Origin: an uncultured Opitutales bacterium
Lineage (GTDB): Bacteria; Verrucomicrobiota; Verrucomicrobiia; Opitutales; Intestinicryptomonadaceae
Assembly: GCA_934660865.1 (NCBI GenBank)
Contig: CAKUIA010000014.1
Coordinates: forward strand, 30,001-62,000
Direction: 5' to 3'
Length of the DNA: 32,000 nucleotides
Below are positions 25,147 through 31,497 of the stretch, piece by piece (the stretch's first letter is position 1; every line of letters begins with the position of its first letter). The notes under the pieces are model-generated. The model was not told the origin of the DNA. It searched no databases and saw only the letters and a list, made by a program, of their open reading frames with translations. The position numbers and the translations under genes were made by a program.

Positions 25147-25721
25147 TTGTTGTGCGATACGCTTTGAAATAGCCACCATATAAGGTTTATCGGAAAATAT
25201 GTTTGCGAGGCCTGCAAGCCCAGTTTTCTTCTTACAACGGGAATGGATTTTACAAGCTGGAACACCAAAAGCAGCGTAATTGCAGCCCTGATGTCCAGTA
25301 TGCCCTTTGTGCGGCTAAGCATTGCCTGGTTAAGCGCAAAACCTATGGTAGAAAGCTCTTTGGCCAAAATGGATTTTCTCGCCCGCATTTCGCCTTCAAA
25401 GTTAAAGCAATACGTCAGCGCAGAAACCACTATTGTAGGCGACAAAACCGCGCTGTCGTATTCTATCAAAAATGTTCCCAACAAAACGTTTGCCGAAATT
25501 TTTTTAACGCCGCGCACGGGCGACATTGCCTTTACTATGTTGTCGGCCAAAACGGGCACGCCCTTTGTGGACGGAATTTTCACCCTTATTCTGCCGGATA
25601 TTGAATGGACAACCTCCAACACGCCCGCAAAAGAGGGCGGTTTTTGCGCCAGCATAACGGGCAAAGCGTCGGTGTTGCTGCAACTTTTAAAAATTTCCAT
25701 AATGTTTCTGATTATCGCCAT
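25143..25721 (-). CDS. Protein with an N-terminal Cys-less HMA-like domain and a hydrophobic/amphipathic C-terminal region (first gene of the operon)
   Basis: VVHSISGRIRVKIP...GVKKISANVLLGTFLIEYD is followed by AAITLLLVFQLV..RRK..LIWWLF. The start is ambiguous: TTG 25739, ATG 25721 or ATG 25700. The promoter and Fur-box-like geometry would favour 25700. Confidence 0.65.
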   Translation of the reverse strand: MAIIRNIMEIFKSCSNTDALPVMLAQKPPSFAGVLEVVHSISGRIRVKIPSTKGVPVLADNIVKAMSPVRGVKKISANVLLGTFLIEYDSAVLSPTIVVSALTYCFNFEGEMRARKSILAKELSTIGFALNQAMLSRTKGILDIRAAITLLLVFQLVKSIPVVRRKLGLQASQTYFPINLIWWLFQSVSHNK

Positions 25722-25739
25722 AACTTTTTTTAGGGTCAA
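25698..25739 (-). promoter_or_regulatory. Promoter candidate P2 overlapped by a Fur-box-like palindrome
   Basis: Minus strand reads TTGACC (25739-25734), a 17-nt spacer, then GATAAT (25716-25711). GATAATCAGAAACATTATG (25716-25698) matches 15/19 positions of the classical GATAATGATAATCATTATC box (my count). It covers the -10 and ends on the ATG at 25700. Confidence 0.35.
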
Positions 25740-25771
25740 GAGTAGATATTGTTAAAAATTTTTTAATTGTT

Positions 25772-25799
25772 AGTTTATTCTAACTTTTTTTATTGTCAA
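25772..25799 (-). promoter_or_regulatory. Promoter candidate P1 of the ATPase operon
   Basis: Minus strand reads TTGACA (25799-25794), a 16-nt spacer, then TAAACT (25777-25772). It lies within the upstream copy of a 20-bp direct repeat. Confidence 0.3.
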
Positions 25800-25818
25800 G
25801 GGGCAAAGTTTGTTTTTC

Positions 25819-25847
25819 TTGCCAAAGTTTTTCGGCAAAAATATACA
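25819..25847 (+). promoter_or_regulatory. Sigma70-type promoter candidate for the GH78-like gene
   Basis: TTGCCA (25819-25824), a 17-nt spacer, then TATACA (25842-25847). The ATG at 25855 lies only 7 nt beyond the -10. Confidence 0.35.
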
Positions 25848-25854
25848 GTTTGGA

Positions 25855-27480
25855 ATGAAATTTATAGGAACTGTATTTCTTGTTATATGTATGGGGTTTG
25901 CAAACGCCTTTTGCGCGCAAAACGACATTTTTGCCGGGCAGCGCGACGGCTGGCTTAAAAAGGCCGAAAGCCTTACCCCAAAATTAAGCTATAAAATTGT
26001 GCGTCCAAAATTTGTTGTGCAAGCCCAAAAAGACCCTTCGGCATTTCAGGGCATAAGATACGCAAAAAGCGGCCAAAAAGTGGAGGACATCTACAAAAGC
26101 GATTTCAGAAAAATCAAGACGATAACGCTCGATTTTGGCGACCACTACACGGGCTATTTTACTTTTAAAACAAAGCTTTTTAACGCACCGCTAGACGCCC
26201 CCGTAAGGATAAAATTCTTTTTCGGCGAATTGCCCGCCGAGCTTAACACTCCGCTAGAGCCGTGGAAATGCTCGCTTTCGCGAGCCTGGATTCAGGACGA
26301 AATTATCACACTAACCGAAATGGGCAAAGCCTATACAATCCCGCGCAGGGTTTCGTTTAGGTATTTAAAAATAGAGCTTTTGGGCTACTCAAAATACTTC
26401 GACTTTGCCATAGACGATATGTTTATTACCGCGCAAACTTCGGCAAACGACAATCCTGAAAAGCTGCCTGCAAATGCTTCGAAGGAAATTGTAGACATCT
26501 ACAACGTTGCGCTAAAAACGCTGGCCGAGTGCATGCAAACCGTCTACGAAGACGGCCCGAAGCGCGACCAGCGTCTTTGGCTTGGCGATTTGTATCTAGA
26601 ATCGCTTGCAAACGCAAAAACCTTTAAAAATTTTAACCTTACAAAAAGGTGTTTGTATTTGTTTGCTGGGCTTTCGGGCAAAAACGGTTTTGTGTATCCT
26701 AATTGTTTTGAAAAGCCTTTTTTGCACTCGCAAAAGTCTAACTGCATTTCCTACAGCTTGCTGTTTAACAGCACGTTGCTTGAATATTTAAAAGACACAA
26801 AAGACTACGAAACTGCGCGTGAACTTTGGCCCGTCGCAAAGAGGCAAATAGAGTTAGCCCTTGATTATGTAGACAAAAACGCAATGCACGACGGCAAGAA
26901 AAATGGCTGGAGGTTTTTCGACTGGCGCGCGGGCTTCGACCCTACGGCGTGCATGCAGGCGGCCACAATTTTTGCGCTGTCTCAAACAAGGCAGCTTGCG
27001 CAAATGCTCGGCAAAAGCTCCGAAAATTGGGAGGAAATTCAGGAGGATATGCAAGCCGCATCTCTCGAAAAACTTTTCGATAAAAACCGCAATGTTTTTG
27101 TGTGCCCAAGCGGGCAAGTTTCGGTGTTGACGCAGGCTTGGTTTGCGTTGGCAAATGTGGGAGGCAAAGAACTCCAAAAAACGGCAATTAAAAACGCGCT
27201 TTTAGACCCGAAATCGGTTAAGCTGGGCACGCCATATGCCACACACTATTTAATAGAGGCAATGCTTGCCTGCGGTATGGAAGACGAAGCAAGAGAGTAT
27301 CTTTTAAACTATTGGGGCTCGATGGTAAAAAAGGGTGCCGACACTTTTTGGGAGGCCTACGACCCGAATAACGACTATATTTCTCCCTACGGCTTTTACC
27401 CGTCTAACAGCGCATGCCACGCCTGGAGCTGCACGCCCGCGTATTTCATTCAAAAATACCCCGAAGTTTTTTTAAAATAG
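25855..27480 (+). CDS. GH78-like (alpha-L-rhamnosidase-related) six-hairpin glycoside hydrolase, secreted
   Basis: Signal peptide MKFIGTVFLVICMGFANAFCAQ. DGPKRDQRLWLGDLYLE resembles the GH78 RDERLGWTGD segment. The C-terminus reads FWEAYDP...SACHAWSCTPAYF. I chose the ATG at 25855 over the TTG at 25810. Confidence 0.75.
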   Translation: MKFIGTVFLVICMGFANAFCAQNDIFAGQRDGWLKKAESLTPKLSYKIVRPKFVVQAQKDPSAFQGIRYAKSGQKVEDIYKSDFRKIKTITLDFGDHYTGYFTFKTKLFNAPLDAPVRIKFFFGELPAELNTPLEPWKCSLSRAWIQDEIITLTEMGKAYTIPRRVSFRYLKIELLGYSKYFDFAIDDMFITAQTSANDNPEKLPANASKEIVDIYNVALKTLAECMQTVYEDGPKRDQRLWLGDLYLESLANAKTFKNFNLTKRCLYLFAGLSGKNGFVYPNCFEKPFLHSQKSNCISYSLLFNSTLLEYLKDTKDYETARELWPVAKRQIELALDYVDKNAMHDGKKNGWRFFDWRAGFDPTACMQAATIFALSQTRQLAQMLGKSSENWEEIQEDMQAASLEKLFDKNRNVFVCPSGQVSVLTQAWFALANVGGKELQKTAIKNALLDPKSVKLGTPYATHYLIEAMLACGMEDEAREYLLNYWGSMVKKGADTFWEAYDPNNDYISPYGFYPSNSACHAWSCTPAYFIQKYPEVFLK

Positions 27481-27596
27481 CGCAAGTTTTTTTCGGGAAT
27501 CTTAAGAGGCAATTTTTCCGGCAAACAGCAAAAGTTTTGCCGAAAAATGCTTGAAATTTTATTCGCAAAAATTTTTATTTCGCGGGAAAAACCATT

Positions 27597-28115
27597 ATGA
27601 AAATTTCTACCAAAACGGGAGACGCGGGCAAAACAAAGCTTATGTTCGGCAAAAGCGTTTTTAAAAACTCGCCGAGGGTATGCGCATACGGCGCGGTAGA
27701 CGACCTGTCGGCAACGCTGGGTTTTGCGCGCTCTTTTGCCGGCAAAGAAACGGCCGAATTTATCCTAAAAATACAAAAATCGCTTGTGTTTTTAATGACC
27801 GAACTTGCAACCGCAAACGAAGATTTTGGCAAACTTAAAGAGCATAAAATCCGCCTATTGGACGAAAGCGATTTAAAGCTTTTTGAGGACAAAATTCAGG
27901 CGGCCGAAGATAACGGCAACCTGTTTAATTCTTGGACATATTCGGGCGAGAGCCATTTGCAGGCGGCTTTGGATATGGCGCGCACGCGCTGCAGATTTGC
28001 CGAAAGGGAAATTGTTGCCCTTGCAAATTCGGAGGGTTTGGCAAGGGATTTCCCTTTAAAATATATAAACAGGCTTTCGGATTTGCTTTGGATTTTGTCG
28101 CAGGAGGCAAAATAG
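27597..28115 (+). CDS. pduO: PduO-type ATP:cob(I)alamin adenosyltransferase
   Basis: MKISTKTGDAGKT..., PRVCAYGAVDDLSA, a SGES...AL..ART.CR.AER-type segment, and INRLSDLLW. It is colinear with PduO/MMAB-type adenosyltransferases as I recall them. Confidence 0.92.
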   Translation: MKISTKTGDAGKTKLMFGKSVFKNSPRVCAYGAVDDLSATLGFARSFAGKETAEFILKIQKSLVFLMTELATANEDFGKLKEHKIRLLDESDLKLFEDKIQAAEDNGNLFNSWTYSGESHLQAALDMARTRCRFAEREIVALANSEGLARDFPLKYINRLSDLLWILSQEAK

Positions 28116-28155
28116 AACACTACAGCACATAACAGTTTGATATTTTTAAGATTCT

Positions 28156-28189
28156 AGCCCAAAGCGTTTTTTTGTTTTGGGCTTTTTTA
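28156..28189 (+). terminator. Rho-independent terminator after pduO
   Basis: Stem AGCCCAAA (28156-28163) / TTTGGGCT (28176-28183), followed by TTTTTAT. Confidence 0.75.
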
Positions 28190-28311
28190 TTCAATTTTGT
28201 ACGCTACAAATTGGTAGTTGCATACAAATTTGTCGTTTATTATAGGAGCAAAAAATAGGGGTTTATTTGTATCTTGTTGATGGTTAGCAAAAATATGCAC
28301 CTACAAAAAAC

Positions 28312-28327
28312 TGGCACAGATAATGCT
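28312..28327 (+). promoter_or_regulatory. Sigma54 (-24/-12) promoter candidate upstream of the TRAP-eut genes
   Basis: TGGCACAGATAATGCT. GG at 28313-28314 and GC at 28325-28326 are separated by exactly 10 nt. The consensus is TGGCAC-N5-TTGCW, so there is one mismatch in the -12 element. It sits about 40 nt upstream of the ATG at 28367. Confidence 0.45.
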
Positions 28328-28366
28328 AGCACAAAAAGCATAGTTTAAAAACAGGCTATAAAAACT

Positions 28367-29458
28367 ATGGATACAACAAATACAAAAAAGGAAACCGCAC
28401 CTGCCGTTTCGGCAGGACGTATGAACAAGAGGGGCTTTTTTAAGACTCTCGGTATTGGAACTGCCGCCATTATGGGGGCTCCCTATGTAATGGGTGCGGC
28501 CAAAAAGCCCATAAAGTGGCGCATGCAAACGTATGCAAGCACGTCGTTGGGCGCGCATGTAATTAAACCGGCCGTAGACGCATTCAACAAAATCGCCAAC
28601 GGCGAAATGAAAATAGAGTTGTATTACGCCGACCAGTTAGTGCCCACTAGCGAGTTGTTTAGCGCACTGCAACAAGGCACTTTAGACTGCGTACAAAGCG
28701 ACGACGATTCCATGGGTTCCCCCGCAGACGTTGCTCCCTTTAGCGCATATTTCCCGCTGGCTACACGCTATTCGCTAGATGTTCCCGCCTTGTTCAACGA
28801 ATTCGGTTTGGGCAAGCTTTGGGCGGAATCGTATAAAGAGGTTAAAAATGTAACCTGGCTAAGCTCGGGCTCGTGGGACCCTTGCAACTTTATTACAAAA
28901 GACCCCATTCGCTCGCTTGCCGACATTAAGGGCAAAAAGCTTTATACTTTCCCGACGGCAGGCCGCTTTTTAACGCGCTTTGGCATAGTTCCGGTTACAA
29001 TTCCCGTAGAAGACATTGAAATGGCAATGCGCACGGGCGAGCTAGACGGCGTTGTATGGTGCGGCATAACGGAGGCATACACGGTAGGGTGGTCGAACGC
29101 GACAAACTACTTTTTAACAAACAATATTTCGGGCGCTTGGATTGGCTCGTTTTTGGCGAACACAAAGTCGTGGGCAAAGGTGCCGCCGCACCTGCAAGAA
29201 TTGTTTAAAGTTTGCATGGACTATTCGCACTACTACCGCCAATACTGGTATTGGGGCGGCGAGGCCAACCTGCGCGTAAACGGCGGCAAGCTAAAGCTTA
29301 CAACCATTCCCGCCGAAGAATGGAAGCTTGTGGAAAGCGAAGCCGTAAAGTTTTGGGACGAGCTAATAGCAAAAGGCACTCCGCGCCAAAAACAGGTTGT
29401 AAAAATATTGCGCGACTACAACGCAATGATGGAAAAGGCGGGTTCTCCGTACAGATAA
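28367..29458 (+). CDS. dctP: TRAP transporter substrate-binding protein (DctP family)
   Basis: Tat/Sec-like signal (NKRGFFKTLGIGTAAIMGAP...GAA). The mature N-terminus begins KWRMQTY..., with a typical two-lobe SBP length. The Q and M genes follow. An alternative start at 28421 (MNKRGFF...) is possible. Confidence 0.88.
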   Translation: MDTTNTKKETAPAVSAGRMNKRGFFKTLGIGTAAIMGAPYVMGAAKKPIKWRMQTYASTSLGAHVIKPAVDAFNKIANGEMKIELYYADQLVPTSELFSALQQGTLDCVQSDDDSMGSPADVAPFSAYFPLATRYSLDVPALFNEFGLGKLWAESYKEVKNVTWLSSGSWDPCNFITKDPIRSLADIKGKKLYTFPTAGRFLTRFGIVPVTIPVEDIEMAMRTGELDGVVWCGITEAYTVGWSNATNYFLTNNISGAWIGSFLANTKSWAKVPPHLQELFKVCMDYSHYYRQYWYWGGEANLRVNGGKLKLTTIPAEEWKLVESEAVKFWDELIAKGTPRQKQVVKILRDYNAMMEKAGSPYR

Positions 29459-29480
29459 AATCCGCTTTATAAGGGCTATG

Positions 29481-29524
29481 GCCCGCCGCCGTTTGCAGAC
29501 AAAATTTGCGTTTCGGCGGCGGGC
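29481..29524 (+). other. GC-rich intercistronic stem-loop between dctP and dctQ
   Basis: Perfect 11-bp stem GCCCGCCGCCG (29481-29491) / CGGCGGCGGGC (29514-29524) with a 22-nt loop. A T6 run starts 10 nt downstream. Confidence 0.6.
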
Positions 29525-29566
29525 ATGCCACGTGTTTTTTAACTAAATATATTGGCTGTTTTTTAT

Positions 29567-30163
29567 ATGATTATCAGAAGAACAAGATTCGACGATTTGG
29601 ACGAATGGCTTGATTCTGTCGATTGGCACAAGGTTGGCGAAAAGATGGGAGCGCCCATTTTAAGGCTGATGCGCGTGTATATAAAATATGTCGGCAAATT
29701 AAGCGAATTTGTAGGAGCAGGGGCTATGTATCTGCTTTTGGCAATGATGGGCATATTGCTGTATTCTATTGTTACAAACGCATTTCACCGCCCCGAAATT
29801 TGGGTTATGGAAATGGCGCAGTTTACAATGGCCGCCTACTATATTTTGGGCGGGGCAAGCAGCCTAAAACACGGCATACATGTTAGAATGGACTTTCTAT
29901 ACGAGCGCTGGAAGCCGCGAACCAAGGCTTTGGTAGACGTATTTACCGTGTTCTTTTTGCTGTTTTACCTGTACATAATGGTAAAGGGCGGCTACGACAG
30001 CTCGGCCTTTGCGCTGGAATTCGACCAACGCAACCACAGTGTTTGGAAGCCCCCAATGGCTCCCATTAAGATAATAATGACTTCGGGCATGGCGTTGATG
30101 TTTTTGCAAGCTACGGCCGAATTGTTGAAGGACTTTTGCTACGCAATAGGAAGGAAGTATTAA
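29567..30163 (+). CDS. dctQ: TRAP transporter small permease (DctQ family)
   Basis: Four hydrophobic helices in DctQ-like order. It lies immediately upstream of dctM (1-nt gap). The start is uncertain: TTG 29552, ATG 29567 or ATG 29645. Confidence 0.8.
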   Translation: MIIRRTRFDDLDEWLDSVDWHKVGEKMGAPILRLMRVYIKYVGKLSEFVGAGAMYLLLAMMGILLYSIVTNAFHRPEIWVMEMAQFTMAAYYILGGASSLKHGIHVRMDFLYERWKPRTKALVDVFTVFFLLFYLYIMVKGGYDSSAFALEFDQRNHSVWKPPMAPIKIIMTSGMALMFLQATAELLKDFCYAIGRKY

Positions 30164-30164
30164 A

Positions 30165-31490
30165 ATGTCTCCTGCAATGATAATTTTGTTGATGTTTTCG
30201 ACGCTAATGCTGCTTATGCTTACAGGCCAAAGGGTGTTTGCGGCGATGGGCTTTGTGGGCGTGGCGGCCGCCCTGCTTTTGTGGGGCGACGGCAGCACGG
30301 CGTTGGGTTTTAACGCCGCCATAAAGCTGTTTAACTGGTACCCAATGCTAACTTTGCCATTGTTCGTATTTATGGGCTTTATGCTTTCGGAATCGGGCAT
30401 TGCAAACGATATGTACCACATGTTCCATGTTTGGATGGGCTCGCTAAAAGGCGGCTTGGCCGTGGGCACATTGTTTGTAATGGTGCTAATTTCCTGCATG
30501 AACGGCCTTAGCGTTGCGGGCATGGCCATTGGCTGTAGTGTGGCGCTGCCCGAACTGTTAAAGCGCAATTACGACAAGCGCATGATTAGCGGCCTTATAC
30601 AAGCGGGCAGCTCGTTGGGCATTTTAATACCGCCAAGCATAGTTTTGGTTTTGTACGGTATGATAGCCCGCCAACCGGTAAGCCAACTTTGGCTTGCGGG
30701 CATAGGCCCGGGGCTGTTGATGACGGGCTTGTTTTTGGCGTATATTCTAATTAGGTGCCACTTTAACCCGAAAATGGGCCCGGTGCTTCCAAAAAGCGAG
30801 CGCAACTATACGTTAAAGGAAAAGCTAAAGGTTTTAAGCGCGGGCATAATTCCGCTTTTGCTGATATTTTCGGTTATAGGTTCGTTTTTCTTCGGGCTTA
30901 CAAGCTTGGTGGAAAGCTCGGCATTCGGCGCGTTTGCCGCGTTTTTGGTGGCGCTGTTTCGCCGCAGGCTTTCGTGGAGGCTGTTTAGGAAAATATTGCG
31001 CGAAACTTTGGACAACTCGGCAATGTTTATGTGGGTTATGATGGCAGCCCTCGCTTTTGCCGCCGTGTTCGACGGCCTTGGCGCAGTTAGAGCCCTGGAG
31101 GGATTGTTCCTTAACGACTGGGGTTTGTCGCCGTGGCAAGTGCTGCTTTTAATGCAATTATCGTTCGTAATATTGGGCATATTTTTGGACGATACCGCAA
31201 TGCTTGTAATAGTTGCACCCTTGTACATACCTTTGGTTATAAAGCTTGGCTTTAACCCGATATGGTTCGGCATACTATATACAATCACCTGCCAAATTGC
31301 ATATATAACCCCGCCTTTCGGCTACAATCTGTTCCTCATGCGCGCGATGTCGCCCAAGAGCATAACGATAAGGGATATATACGCCTCGATAATTCCCTTT
31401 GTAGGTCTTATGCTGCTGGCTTTGGTTCTTATAATGATATTCCCCGAAATAGCATTGTGGATACCGTCGCTGTTCAACACCAAAATGTAG
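30165..31490 (+). CDS. dctM: TRAP transporter large permease (DctM family)
   Basis: 441 aa, about 12 TM helices, DctM-like sequence throughout (for example GLSVAGMAIG, AGSSLGILIPPS, ITPPFGYNLF). Confidence 0.93.
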   Translation: MSPAMIILLMFSTLMLLMLTGQRVFAAMGFVGVAAALLLWGDGSTALGFNAAIKLFNWYPMLTLPLFVFMGFMLSESGIANDMYHMFHVWMGSLKGGLAVGTLFVMVLISCMNGLSVAGMAIGCSVALPELLKRNYDKRMISGLIQAGSSLGILIPPSIVLVLYGMIARQPVSQLWLAGIGPGLLMTGLFLAYILIRCHFNPKMGPVLPKSERNYTLKEKLKVLSAGIIPLLLIFSVIGSFFFGLTSLVESSAFGAFAAFLVALFRRRLSWRLFRKILRETLDNSAMFMWVMMAALAFAAVFDGLGAVRALEGLFLNDWGLSPWQVLLLMQLSFVILGIFLDDTAMLVIVAPLYIPLVIKLGFNPIWFGILYTITCQIAYITPPFGYNLFLMRAMSPKSITIRDIYASIIPFVGLMLLALVLIMIFPEIALWIPSLFNTKM

Positions 31491-31497
31491 TTTAAAA

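Noticed and set aside
25243-25755. 170-aa plus-strand ORF covering the first gene of the ATPase operon.
   Set aside because: The minus-strand frame encodes the H-S-I-S-G-R-I-R domain, which is paralogous to two neighbouring genes and is translationally coupled to them. The plus-strand product has no recognisable features.
28190-28366. Possible AdoCbl riboswitch or ANTAR (EutV) dual-hairpin target upstream of the TRAP-eut genes.
   Set aside because: I found no B12-box-like core and no pair of hexaloop hairpins by eye. The region is better explained by the palindromes plus the sigma54 element. An Rfam scan would settle this.
29621-29640. Second TGGCAC-N5-TGGCG sequence with GG-N10-GC spacing, inside the 5' part of dctQ.
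   Set aside because: The -12 element is poor (TGGC rather than TTGC). It lies 5 nt from the candidate ATG at 29645 and within or adjacent to coding sequence. It is most likely a chance match.
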